Source of the DNA: Alphaproteobacteria bacterium
GTDB lineage: Bacteria > Pseudomonadota > Alphaproteobacteria > Methylaequorales > Methylaequoraceae
NCBI GenBank assembly: GCA_045563055.1
Contig: JBJKUR010000012.1
Coordinates: 89,167-153,166 of the forward strand
Length of the DNA: 64,000 nucleotides
Direction: 5' to 3'
A program made the position numbers and the translations under genes. Each line of letters starts with the position of its first letter. Position 1 is the stretch's first letter. Positions 1 through 10,990 of this stretch are shown here, piece after piece. The notes below the pieces were generated by a model. That model was not told the origin of the DNA. It ran no database searches and worked only from the letters and a program-made list of their open reading frames with translations.

Positions 1-59
1 AGAATATCGAAGAAAAACTAAAATTGTGTGGTGCTCAAATTGAAAGACTAAAAGAATGA
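1..59 (+). CDS. murA: UDP-N-acetylglucosamine 1-carboxyvinyltransferase, 3' end only (start lies outside the window)
   Basis: Frame 3 reads ...NIEEKLKLCGAQIERLKE*. This resembles the conserved MurA C-terminus (E. coli ...IEDKLRALGANIERVKGE, from memory). The stop TGA at 57-59 overlaps the hisG ATG (ATGA). Confidence 0.55.
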   Translation, partial: NIEEKLKLCGAQIERLKE

Positions 60-718
60 AAAAAATAATTATGGCTGTGCCTAAAGGTAGAATTCTAGAG
101 GAATTAATTCCTTTATTTACTAAAACTGAAATTAAACCCGAGAAAGAATTTTTTAAAAATGATTCAAGAAAACTAATGTTTAATACAAATTTATCTAATT
201 TTTATATTATAAGGGTAAGATCATTTGATGTTGCTACATTTGTTGCTCTTGGAGCTGCTCAAATTGGAATTGCAGGTGATGATGTTCTAAATGAATTTGA
301 TTACAAAGAGATTTATAAGGTATTAGACCTTAAAATAGGGAAATGTAGATTAGCAATTGCAAAGAAGAAAAATTGTTCTGATACAAATTATTTAAATAAT
401 GGTCATGTAACTGTAGCAACAAAATACAAAAATACCGTCACAAACTTTTTTGCTACAAAAGGTATTAGGGCAGAATGTGTCAAACTCAATGGAGCTATTG
501 AGCTGGCTCCTAAGCTTGGGATTTGTTCGACAATAGTTGATTTAGTTTCAACAGGAAAAACTTTAAAAGAGAATAACTTGGTTGAATCAGAAGTTTTATT
601 AAAAATTACATCAAAGTTAATTGTAAATAAAATTTCATACAAGATATTAAATAATGATATATCAAAAATAATTAATAAATTTGAGAAAGTTATAAATGGT
701 CAGAATACTAGAAACTAA
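56..718 (+). CDS. hisG: ATP phosphoribosyltransferase, short (HisZ-dependent) form
   Basis: 220 aa. N-terminus MAVPKGRILEE, and VDLVSTGKTLKEN matches the HisG signature. It sits directly upstream of hisD. Confidence 0.9.
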   Translation: MKKIIMAVPKGRILEELIPLFTKTEIKPEKEFFKNDSRKLMFNTNLSNFYIIRVRSFDVATFVALGAAQIGIAGDDVLNEFDYKEIYKVLDLKIGKCRLAIAKKKNCSDTNYLNNGHVTVATKYKNTVTNFFATKGIRAECVKLNGAIELAPKLGICSTIVDLVSTGKTLKENNLVESEVLLKITSKLIVNKISYKILNNDISKIINKFEKVINGQNTRN

Positions 719-1992
719 ACAACGTAATTTCAACGAAGCATTTGAAAAGCTTCTCAAGAAACGTGATAAAGATGATAGAAAGATAGATTCTATTGTTTCA
801 GGTATTATTAATAAAGTAAAAAAAAAATCGGATTCGGCATTGGTAGAACTAACAAATAAGTTTGATAATTTTCCGGCCAATTCTATTAATGATCTAGTTG
901 TAAACAGAAGAGAGCTTGATGATTCATATAACTTTGTTAAAAAACCCATTAGGAATTCATTAAAAAATGCAATTTCTAGAATAACCTCCTACCATAAAAA
1001 ACAAAAACCATCTAATTTGATTTATAAAGACAAACATGGAATCAAATTAGGTGGAATTTGGAATCCCATAGAATCTGTAGGGCTTTATGTTCCAGGAGGG
1101 ACAGCTGCTTATCCATCTTCACTAATAATGAATGCAGTGCCGGCAGTAGTTGCTGGTGTTGATAGAATTGTTGTTACAGTGCCAGCAACTGATGGGGAAA
1201 TCAATCCATTGGTTCTAGCATGTTGTAAAATGATAGGTATAACTGAAATTTATAAGATTGGAGGGGCTCAAGCAATTGCTGCACTAGCTATTGGTACAAA
1301 AAACAATCAAATCAGTTGACAAAATATTTGGTCCGGGAAATGCTTTTGTAGCTTCTGCTAAAAAACAATTTTTTGGAACGGTAGGCATTGATATGATTGC
1401 TGGTCCTTCAGAGATATTAGTAATGGCTGATTCCAAAAATGATCCAGACCACATTGCAATTGATTTATTATCACAAGCCGAGCATGATAAATTTGCTCAA
1501 TCAATTTTAGTTACAGACAATAAAATATTTTCTGAGAAAGTTATTAAAAGTATAAATAAGTATTTAAAAATTATCAAAAGAAAGGATATAGCGCAATCTA
1601 GTTGGAGGAATTTTGGAGCAGTAATAATTTGTAATGATTTACAAAAGTCAGCTAGCCTTGTAAACAGAATTGCACCAGAGCACCTAGAGATAGCTGTAGA
1701 TAAGCCCAGTGAAATTTTAAAAGATATTAGGAATGCAGGTGCAATCTTCCTTGGAAGATATACCCCTGAGGCAATTGGTGATTATATAGCTGGTCCAAAT
1801 CATGTTTTACCAACTGATAGAACTGCAAGATTTTCATCAGGACTAAATTTATTAGATTATTATAAACGTTCATCTATTGTTGAATGCAATAAAGATAACA
1901 TTAAAAAAATTGGTCAGGACGCCATTAATCTTGCCTACGAAGAGGGTTTACAAGCACATGCTTTATCAATAGAATGCAGACTAAATAAATAA
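696..1992 (+). pseudogene. hisD: Histidinol dehydrogenase, split by a +1 frameshift in an A6 run (1298-1303); probably intact in vivo
   Basis: ORFs 696-1319 and 1291-1992 together give a full-length HisD (about 430 aa). The junction reads GGAQAIAALAIGTK | TIKSVDKIFGPGNAFV, matching the conserved HisD block GGAQAIAALA.GT....VDKI.GPGN.(F/Y)V only if one A is removed. Confidence 0.9.
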
Positions 1993-1998
1993 AAACAT

Positions 1999-2218
1999 AT
2001 GGCAAAAGATGAATTAATGGAATTTATGGGAACAGTCAAAGAACTGTTACCCAATGCAATGTTTAGAGTTTTGCTTGATAATAATCATGAAATCATCGCT
2101 CATACTGCTGGAAAAAATGCGCAAATTCAGAATCAGAGTTCTAGCTGGTGACAGGGTAACCGTAGAAATGACTCCTTATGACCTCACTAAGGGTAGAATT
2201 ACATTTAGACATAAATAA
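1999..2218 (+). pseudogene. infA: Translation initiation factor IF-1, interrupted by a +1 frameshift in an A6 run (2112-2117); probably intact in vivo
   Basis: It is absent from the ORF track because it is broken. The span is 220 nt, which is 73 codons plus 1 nt. Removing one A gives [72 protein letters not shown], a typical 72-aa IF-1. Confidence 0.9.
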
Positions 2219-2221
2219 TTT

Positions 2222-2797
2222 TTGGAATTAAAGAAAAAAATAATACTAGCATCTCAATCTCCTAGAAGAAAAGAACTACTTCGTCAAATTGGAATAAATG
2301 ATTTTAAAATTTTAAAACATTCAGTAGATGAAAACTCTTATCAACTTTCTAATCCAATATCAAAGTCAATAATGAATTTAGCGGAGATGAAAGCTAAATC
2401 TATAAAAAAGAGTTTGATAAAAACTCACATAGTCATTTCAGCAGATACAATAGTTATGAGAGCTGGAAAAGTTTTTCCTAAACCTTATTCTAAAGAAATT
2501 GTTAAAAGTTATTTAAAAACTCTTTCAAATAAAAAACACCATGTCTTTGGAGGTATTTGTGTGCTTTATAACAACATAGTATTTAGAAGGTTTATTAAAA
2601 CAGAGGTATACTTCCACAAAATTTCTGAATTAGATTTATCGGATGAAATTCTTGATGATGGTATTGGTAAGGCAGGAGGATACGCTATTCAAAATCACGG
2701 TGCAAAATTTGTTAGAAAAATTAGAGGTTGCTATACAAATATTGTTGGTATATCTATTCCAGAGTTATATAAAATATTAAAAAGCCTTGAGTTTTAA
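2222..2797 (+). CDS. maf: Maf-like nucleoside triphosphate pyrophosphatase
   Basis: 191 aa. ILASQSPRRKELL, SADTIV and GKAGGYAIQ are Maf family motifs. The start is TTG. Confidence 0.85.
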   Translation: MELKKKIILASQSPRRKELLRQIGINDFKILKHSVDENSYQLSNPISKSIMNLAEMKAKSIKKSLIKTHIVISADTIVMRAGKVFPKPYSKEIVKSYLKTLSNKKHHVFGGICVLYNNIVFRRFIKTEVYFHKISELDLSDEILDDGIGKAGGYAIQNHGAKFVRKIRGCYTNIVGISIPELYKILKSLEF

Positions 2798-2851
2798 TTT
2801 GTAATTCAAAAATCGTGATATAATGTAAATATTTAATAATATTCATTTTAA

Positions 2852-2927
2852 GCCCAGGTAGCTCAGTTGGTAGAGCAAGCGACTGAAAATCGCTGTGTCG
2901 GTGGTTCAATTCCTCCCCTGGGCACCA
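2852..2927 (+). tRNA. tRNA-Phe (anticodon GAA)
   Basis: A 76-nt cloverleaf read by eye: acceptor GCCCAGG/CCTGGGC, D arm GCTC-AGTTGGTA-GAGC, anticodon arm AGCGA-CTGAAAA-TCGCT, T arm GGTGG-TTCAATT-CCTCC (central U-U mismatch) and an encoded CCA. Confidence 0.9.
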
Positions 2928-2932
2928 CTTCT

Positions 2933-3625
2933 ATGAAAAAAAGATTATTTCTTACAACCCTGATTTTGTTTATATTATCATGTGAAATGAATAAGCATGA
3001 ATATTTTCCAGTTGTTGAGGGGATGCAATGGGTATATTCAGTAAAAATCAATTCCTCATATACTGGAAAAAGTTATAACAAGAGAGTAATGATAACTAAT
3101 TATGGTGTAAAAAAAAATAAAAACTCTTTAGAAATTTCAAAATTATATTCTGATGGAAGTTTTTATACCTATGAAATTGTAAAAAATCAGTTAAGGAGAA
3201 CCTCGGTAATTATTTCTTTCTCTGATGGAATAGTAGAACCAGTAAAAAAAATTATCTATCCTGATTTATTTTTCAATCAAGTAAAATGGGTGGTGAAAGA
3301 ACAACTATTTTTGGTAAAAGGTTTTCAACCGCCTCTTTTGAATGTAAAGCCTAGATCACAATTTAATATGATATACACAGTAAAAAAAAAATATAAGACA
3401 TTTGTTGAGAATGGACAATCATTTAAAAATTGCATAGAAATAGTTGGCAATGGTTCAACCAACTTTATTGGAGACACAAGGTCTGGACCAATAAAAGTTG
3501 ATATTAAGAATCTTGAAGTTCTCTGCGATGGAGTTGGATTAGTAAAACAAGTGCGATCAGAAAATACAGAGGCCTCAGCTTTCGGAAATATGACTCTAAC
3601 CAAGAGTTTATTGAACTTAAACTAA
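2933..3625 (+). CDS. Hypothetical lipoprotein
   Basis: The track ORF 2867-3625 runs through the tRNA. The first ATG after the tRNA (2933) gives MKKRLFLTTLILFILSC, a signal peptide with a lipobox-like LSC. I recognise no family. Confidence 0.6.
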   Translation: MKKRLFLTTLILFILSCEMNKHEYFPVVEGMQWVYSVKINSSYTGKSYNKRVMITNYGVKKNKNSLEISKLYSDGSFYTYEIVKNQLRRTSVIISFSDGIVEPVKKIIYPDLFFNQVKWVVKEQLFLVKGFQPPLLNVKPRSQFNMIYTVKKKYKTFVENGQSFKNCIEIVGNGSTNFIGDTRSGPIKVDIKNLEVLCDGVGLVKQVRSENTEASAFGNMTLTKSLLNLN

Positions 3626-3626
3626 A

Positions 3627-4535
3627 ATGACTTCCGTTTCATTCGTAATTCCAGTTTATAACAAATCTTTATATTTAAAATACGTTGTTAGATCGCTTGA
3701 AGGGCAAAAAGGGGAATTTGAAAAAGAATTTATTTTTATAGATGATGGATCATCTGATGATTCTTATAAAAAACTACTATCACTGACAAAGAATCTTAAT
3801 AACAGCGTTGTTATCAAACAAGAAAACAAAGGTTCTGCACATGCTACAAACGTTGGTATAAATCTAGCAAAAATGAAATATATTAAATTTCTAGATGCAG
3901 ATGATGTAATTTTAAGTAATGCAACTAGTTGTCTTCTAAAATTACTTGAAAAAGATGATAATTTAATTCTTGCATACGGTCTTCAAAGAAAAGTTGCTAG
4001 ATTAGAGGAAGTTGATCTAGAAGAAAATTTCAATTTTCAAAATTGTACTAAATTATTAAATCCTATAAAAATGGCTATGAGAAATTCAATGTTTAATCCA
4101 TCACAATGTTTAGTTAGAGCAGAGAGTTGTAAAAAGGTTGGTGGATGCGATGAAAGAATAAAATTCAGTCAAGAGTATTCACTAACTCTAAAACTGTCTA
4201 GACTGGGAAGCTTTATCAGATTAAATCATCCTATTGCCATCCTACCCTTTAAGGCTCCTGGACAGATTTCAGAAAAAAAAGTAAACCAACTATATAGAGT
4301 TTCAAAATCTCTTGAATTATTTATTGAGGACTATCCTGATTTAGATATAGGTTTAAAAACTTTTGCACAAAGGAGACTGACTGCTAGGTCCTGGAGATTT
4401 GCAAGACGCTTCCAAAAAGCCAGTATATTTTCTCAATGGTTTAAATTATATTTAAAAGGACTCTTTAGACTTAAAAATGATATTTTGGAGAATTGTAAGA
4501 AAGCTAATAAAATATATGAAGACTATTTTGATTAA
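3627..4535 (+). CDS. Family 2 glycosyltransferase
   Basis: 302 aa. SFVIPVYNKSLYL...FIFIDDGSSDDS...LDADD is the GT2 (GT-A) pattern. Confidence 0.8.
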   Translation: MTSVSFVIPVYNKSLYLKYVVRSLEGQKGEFEKEFIFIDDGSSDDSYKKLLSLTKNLNNSVVIKQENKGSAHATNVGINLAKMKYIKFLDADDVILSNATSCLLKLLEKDDNLILAYGLQRKVARLEEVDLEENFNFQNCTKLLNPIKMAMRNSMFNPSQCLVRAESCKKVGGCDERIKFSQEYSLTLKLSRLGSFIRLNHPIAILPFKAPGQISEKKVNQLYRVSKSLELFIEDYPDLDIGLKTFAQRRLTARSWRFARRFQKASIFSQWFKLYLKGLFRLKNDILENCKKANKIYEDYFD

Positions 4536-5920
4536 ATTACCTTTCCTGGGTTAAGAATGTTTTTGGGGTCAAACAATTTCTTAATTTTTTTCATGAGTTT
4601 TATTTCGTCATGACTTTTGTGAAGTATAAGTTCATTCTTTCTAAGCTGACCTATTCCATGTTCAGCGCTAATTGCTCCTCCAAACTTGTTAACATTATCA
4701 AAAACAATACGGTTTATTGAATTTCTTATTAACTTCTTTTTAGATAACTCATAACTATTTATTAAGACATTAAAATGTAAATTATTATCACCGAGATGGC
4801 CAAAATTTATTATTTTACTAGCTCTATTAAACTTTTTAATCTCTTTAGATGTATTATGAATAAACGATTGAATATTAGATAATGGCACGGAAATATCATG
4901 GGCGATTATAAACTCTTCCTTTCTCTCAGCTAGTGGAATACTCTCTCTGAAACTCCAAAATCTATTATTTTCCGACTCTGATTTTGATATTATAAATTCA
5001 TCAATATTTAGGTTTTGAAGACTGATATTAGATGCAATAAAATTACTAAAGTTTTCAATATTATTAAAATTTGATATTTCAATAAGAGAATAACACTCAT
5101 TTCTTTTTAAATTATCTAATTTCAATTCATGTTTTTCTAGTATTTCAATTGACCCTTTATTCATGAATTCGAAACTGGTTATTAAGTCTTTAAATTTATT
5201 TAGTAAAAAAATATATAATTTTAGTACTTCTTTAAATTCCTTAAAGGAAGCCCAGATAACAATTTTTTCCTTAGGTAACGGATAAATTTGAATCATTGCA
5301 GAAGTTATGATTCCAAGGATACCTTCTGACCCGATCAGTAATTGTTTTAGATCTAATCCAGTATTGTTTTTTTTTATATTTTTCAGACTGCTATAAACCT
5401 CACCATTTGGGAGAACTGCTTCTATACCGAGTATATTTTGTCTTATAGTGCCATATTTTATAACATTTAAACCTCCAGCATTAGTCGCAATATTACCGCC
5501 TATTTGACAATTACCTTTGGATCCCATAGATAAAGGGAATTCTCGATCAACCTTATATAATTCTTTTTTAACATCTTCCAAGACACAACCTGCTTCGACT
5601 GTCACAGAGTTTCCTAATAGATCAATCTCTCTTATTTTATTTATTTTTGATAAATTTAAAATAATTTCATTCTTCTTTGATCTAGGGACTCCACCGCCTA
5701 CGAGCCCTGTATTTCCACCTTGTGGCACAATTAATATTCGTTCTTTTTCACAGATTTTTATTATTTCAGATATTTTTTGTAATGAATCTGGGAAAATAAC
5801 TAAATCTGTATCACCAACATATTCTCCTCTCCAGTCGGTGGCGTAATTTTTAATAATAGTCTGATCAGTTGAGTATTGGTTTTTACCAAGAACTTTTAAA
5901 ATACTATTGTAATTATTCAT
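4532..5920 (-). CDS. FAD-linked oxidase (GlcD / D-lactate or D-2-hydroxyacid dehydrogenase family)
   Basis: 462 aa. VPQGGNTGLVGG is the FAD-binding PCMH motif, and the C-terminus HGIGQLRK...DPKNILNPGK is typical of the GlcD family. Confidence 0.8.
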   Translation of the reverse strand: MNNYNSILKVLGKNQYSTDQTIIKNYATDWRGEYVGDTDLVIFPDSLQKISEIIKICEKERILIVPQGGNTGLVGGGVPRSKKNEIILNLSKINKIREIDLLGNSVTVEAGCVLEDVKKELYKVDREFPLSMGSKGNCQIGGNIATNAGGLNVIKYGTIRQNILGIEAVLPNGEVYSSLKNIKKNNTGLDLKQLLIGSEGILGIITSAMIQIYPLPKEKIVIWASFKEFKEVLKLYIFLLNKFKDLITSFEFMNKGSIEILEKHELKLDNLKRNECYSLIEISNFNNIENFSNFIASNISLQNLNIDEFIISKSESENNRFWSFRESIPLAERKEEFIIAHDISVPLSNIQSFIHNTSKEIKKFNRASKIINFGHLGDNNLHFNVLINSYELSKKKLIRNSINRIVFDNVNKFGGAISAEHGIGQLRKNELILHKSHDEIKLMKKIKKLFDPKNILNPGKVI

Positions 5921-6881
5921 AAATAGAAGCCCTTCTTAGTCTTTCATTGATTGTCTTTCCTATTCCAATATTAGGAATTGGGGCAACAACAATTCGTTTT
6001 TTTTTTAGTTTGTCTAATTTCCTTAGAAAGTGAAAAAGGTTATATGCAGCCTCGTTCAGGTTTGATGATTTAGATAAGTTTAATGAGGGTTTATGATTTA
6101 TAATTATTTTATTTCCAAAATTTAAGAAAGCATCACCCGATTTGGGATTAACTATATTAATTCTTAATGGAGTCGAAGGTGAATAGTGTTTAAGAAGTTG
6201 GCCGGGAGAATTTGGCTTTTCTAAATTAATACATTCTTTTTCATTAGAATTAATATTTTTACCTAACACTTCAATAATTGTTAAGTGATCTATAACACCC
6301 ATCCTTCTAATTTTATATTGTGAGGTTGTCATATCTAAAATTGTTGACTCTAAACCAAAATCAGATCTTCCAGAATCTATAACTAAGTCTATATCTTCAC
6401 CAAATGAATCAATTACATGCCCTGCATCTGTAGCTGATACTCCTCCACTAATATTGGCACTTGGAGCGGCTAGTGGTCGTTTTAACTTTTTTAAAATTTT
6501 ATTCATTATTTTTGAAATTGGGTAACGTACTGCAATTGTATCTAAATTCGAGAGTGCGTCTTTGTGGATCAGAAAAGATTTTCTTTTTGGTAAAATTAAT
6601 GTCAAAGGACCGGGCCAGAATTTTTCCATAACTAATTTAGCATCTCTACTTATCATACAAATTTTTTCTGCTAGATTTATAGAATTAACATGGATAATTA
6701 ATGGGTTATTTTTCGGCCTTTTTTTTAATTTATAGAGTTTTTTTATTGCCGAGGGACTTCCTGGGTCACATGAAATTCCATATACAGTCTCAGTTTTTAA
6801 AGCCACTAATTTTTCATCTATTAAATAAGAAGTGGCAATTTTTGCTGCATCATCAGATTCTATAAGAATATTCTTTTTCAT
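5913..6881 (-). CDS. tsaC: L-threonylcarbamoyladenylate synthase (Sua5/YwlC type, with C-terminal Sua5 domain)
   Basis: 322 aa. KTETVYGISCDP, NPLIIHV, AAPSANISG and the extra C-terminal domain match the YrdC/Sua5 family. Confidence 0.8.
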   Translation of the reverse strand: MKKNILIESDDAAKIATSYLIDEKLVALKTETVYGISCDPGSPSAIKKLYKLKKRPKNNPLIIHVNSINLAEKICMISRDAKLVMEKFWPGPLTLILPKRKSFLIHKDALSNLDTIAVRYPISKIMNKILKKLKRPLAAPSANISGGVSATDAGHVIDSFGEDIDLVIDSGRSDFGLESTILDMTTSQYKIRRMGVIDHLTIIEVLGKNINSNEKECINLEKPNSPGQLLKHYSPSTPLRINIVNPKSGDAFLNFGNKIIINHKPSLNLSKSSNLNEAAYNLFHFLRKLDKLKKKRIVVAPIPNIGIGKTINERLRRASIYE

Positions 6882-6992
6882 GAATGTAATATATGAAAAA
6901 TTATAAAAACTTTAAAGTTAAGATTGATTTACATAAAGTTTTAATTAGAAAATTTTTTCAATTAATGATTTAATATAATTTTAAGAGAAACG

Positions 6993-7118
6993 ATGGATCC
7001 AAGATTCCATAAATATTTATATATTATAGCCATTTGTGCACTAATAATTGCCGTAATGACTATTTATAAAGGTCTTAACGAGATAAATATCTTTTTTAAT
7101 GAAAGAATCAAGATTTAA
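6993..7118 (+). CDS. Possible 41-aa single-pass membrane peptide
   Basis: ATG...TAA ORF MDPRFHKYLYIIAICALIIAVMTIYKGLNEINIFFNERIKI in an otherwise unassigned 226-nt gap. It has a hydrophobic core, no clear RBS, and its 3' end overlaps the gph stop by 11 nt. Confidence 0.2.
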   Translation: MDPRFHKYLYIIAICALIIAVMTIYKGLNEINIFFNERIKI

Positions 7119-7773
7119 TACCAGGAATTTTTAAAATTTCTTCGAATGAACTTACTTCATGATTTGGTTTTATTGAGTTATCTAATTTCCCATAACCATA
7201 ATTTACAAAAATGGTTTGCATTCCAATTTTATGTGCGGGAATAATATCGTTCATGCTGTCACCAACCATGATTGTTTGTTCGGGTTTAACTTTGAGTATT
7301 TTTAAGCAATATTCTAACATTTCTGTATCAGGTTTGAGTTTGTGTTTATCGCTAGAACCTAGAACACAATCAAAAGAATATATAAGATTAAATTCTCGAA
7401 TAATTTTTTCAGTAATCTCTTGTTTTTTATTTGAACATAAAGCTATTTTGAATTTTGATTTTAAAGATTTAATTGTAACCTCTACATTGGGGTAAAGATG
7501 CGAGCTCTTGGAACAATTTTTGATATAGAAATCCAAAAAACAATCTATTAAAATATCCATTTTATTCGAAGGGACTTTTTCATGTAAGAAATTGTATGCC
7601 CTTTCTATCATTGCTTTTGCTCCTCCTCCAACTAAAGAACCTATAACGTTTTTATCAATGGTTTTAAGATTCTGTTTTTCTAATACATGGTTTAAAGCAT
7701 GGAGGAGGTCTGGACCACTATTCAGTATTGTTCCGTCAAGGTCTAGTAAAATACACTTAATAACTTTATTCAT
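7108..7773 (-). CDS. gph: HAD-superfamily phosphatase, phosphoglycolate phosphatase-like
   Basis: 221 aa. It has the DLDGT motif I, SNK motif and GDSMNDI motif IV of HAD subfamily IA. Confidence 0.7.
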   Translation of the reverse strand: MNKVIKCILLDLDGTILNSGPDLLHALNHVLEKQNLKTIDKNVIGSLVGGGAKAMIERAYNFLHEKVPSNKMDILIDCFLDFYIKNCSKSSHLYPNVEVTIKSLKSKFKIALCSNKKQEITEKIIREFNLIYSFDCVLGSSDKHKLKPDTEMLEYCLKILKVKPEQTIMVGDSMNDIIPAHKIGMQTIFVNYGYGKLDNSIKPNHEVSSFEEILKIPGIKS

Positions 7774-7841
7774 AAAAAAAGATTTCTCTATGTAAAAAAT
7801 GTTATACTATTATTTTAATTTTTATGCCAAGTTAAACTTAA

Positions 7842-9152
<1,311 letters not shown>

Positions 9153-9153
<1 letters not shown>

Positions 9154-10973
9154 TGTGCGGAATATTTGGTATATTTTCTAACAAACCTGTTGCCAATTCA
9201 ATTTTGAAAGGTCTATCCAAATTAGAGTATAGGGGGTATGACTCTTCAGGTTTGTCGATCCTTGAGTCTAAAAATAAAATCATCACAATCAGAGCAAAGG
9301 GAAAGCTTGAAAATCTAAGTAATAAAACCAAACATCATGATTTACTGGGTACCGTTGGTATTGGTCATACAAGATGGGCAACGCATGGTATTCCCTCGAC
9401 AGATAACGCCCACCCACATTCTTCTGAGGATGTCTCCATAGTCCATAATGGCATTATTGAAAACTATTCAACGTTAAAAAAAATGTTAAAAAAAGAAGGT
9501 TTTTCATTTAAATCTCAAACAGATAGCGAGGTTATAGCTCACCTACTTAGCCTGCACTTAAGAAAATATGAACCAAAAGAGGCGATCAAAATAACACTTA
9601 AATTTTTAGAAGGTGCTTTTGCCATAGCAATAGTTTTTAAAAACTTTAATATTTTAGCAGGAGCACGTAGGGGAAGTCCACTTGCTTTGGGTTTATCTGA
9701 AAAATCAACATTCATTGGTTCAGATTCATTGGCTCTTGCTCCTTTCACACAAAAAATAATTTTTTTAGATGAAGGTGATAGCGTTATAATTGATAAAAAC
9801 AAATATGAAATTTTTGATAAAAATTTCAAAAAAATAATTAGAAATATCTCAATTTCCTCATTCACTGGTTCCAATTTCGATAAAGGAAATTTTAACCACT
9901 TCATGCAAAAAGAGATATTTGAACAACCATTGATTATAGGTGATTCGCTTTCAAGATTTATTGATCCTATAAAAAAAAGATTAAGTATTTCAGATTTGGA
10001 TATTTCTTGGAACGATATTACGAAAATTGATTTTGTAGCATGCGGAACCTCTTATTATGCTTGTTTAACAGCTACTTACTGGTTTGAAAAATATTTAAAT
10101 ATACAATCTGACGCTTATCTTGCATCTGAGTTCAGGTATAAATCTTATGTAAAATCAAAGGGAAAATTATCAATATTTATATCGCAATCTGGGGAAACTG
10201 CCGATACACTTGCCGCGCTTAAGTATGCCAAAAATTATAAAAGTAAAATATTTAGTATCGTTAATAATTCAGAGAGTAGTATAGCAAGAGAATCAGACTC
10301 TTTTCTTACAATAGCAGCAGGTCCAGAGATCGGTGTTGCGTCAACTAAAGCATTCACTGCGCAGTTAAGCATTTTGGCTTGTTTATGTTTGGTCGCTGGA
10401 AGAGAAAGAAAAACGATAGGCTCATCTTTAGAAAAGAAATTAACAGATAGCTTAATTGAAATGCCATCAAATATGTCTGCGGTTTTTGATGTTGTAGATG
10501 AAATTAAAAAAATTAGTAAATTTGTAGTAAATGCGAAGAGTGTATTATATTTAGGAAGGGGCTCACTTTTCCCGATTGCTTTAGAGGGAGCTCTAAAATT
10601 AAAAGAAATTTCTTACATACATGCTGAAGGCTATGCCTCAGGAGAGATGAAACATGGACCAATTGCACTCGTAGATGAAAAAGTGCCCGTAGTTATTATT
10701 GCACCAAGAGATTCTTTATTTAAAAAAAATATATCTAACATGCAAGAAATTCTAGCTAGGGGTGGAAAAGTAATATTAATTACAGATCAAAAAGGAGACA
10801 ATGAGATAGATGAAAAGAATTTCAAAAAAATTGTAATTAACAATGTTTCCGAGTTTGTTCAACCGATTATCTTCTCTTTACCTGCTCAGCTCTTAGCTTA
10901 TTTTGTTGCGGTTTTAAAAGGTACTGATGTTGATCAACCAAGGAATTTAGCAAAATCTGTAACTGTGGAGTAG
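9153..10973 (+). CDS. glmS: Glutamine--fructose-6-phosphate aminotransferase
   Basis: 606 aa. It starts MCGIFG (N-terminal nucleophile Cys), has two SIS domains and ends ...KSVTVE. Its ATG shares one base with the glmU stop (TAATG). Confidence 0.95.
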
Positions 10974-10990
10974 TTTGGAGTAGTGAATTA

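Noticed and set aside
403-949. Antisense ORFs 403-642(-) and 662-949(-) inside hisG and hisD. Many similar 60-120-aa ORFs lie opposite well-supported genes, for example 3325-3603, 5517-5846, 7211-7495, 9539-9904, 17232-17487, 20092-20391, 22040-22336, 30564-31192, 43598-43897, 45237-45506, 46159-46383, 51790-54277, 54541-54885, 57579-58441 and 63277-63681.
   Set aside because: Each lies entirely within, and opposite or out of frame to, a gene with clear family motifs. Their sequences are low-complexity mirror translations (F/L/S/I-rich) with no recognisable domains. They are shadow ORFs, which are expected in AT-rich DNA.
2863-3051. ORF 2863-3051(-) and the first 22 codons of ORF 2867-3625(+), both overlapping tRNA-Phe. 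The same situation occurs at tRNA-Leu with ORF 37925-38131(-) and the first 29 codons of ORF 37935-38741(+).
   Set aside because: These segments translate the tRNA sequence itself. In both cases a proper ATG followed by a signal peptide lies immediately after the tRNA (2933 and 38022), so I trimmed the CDS starts accordingly.
2852-4535. A genomic island or prophage integrated at tRNA-Phe, and likewise at tRNA-Leu (37929-39178)
   Set aside because: There is no integrase, no phage or mobile-element gene, and I noticed no direct repeat of the tRNA 3' end downstream. The flanking genes are an ordinary lipoprotein, a glycosyltransferase and a DsbA-family gene.
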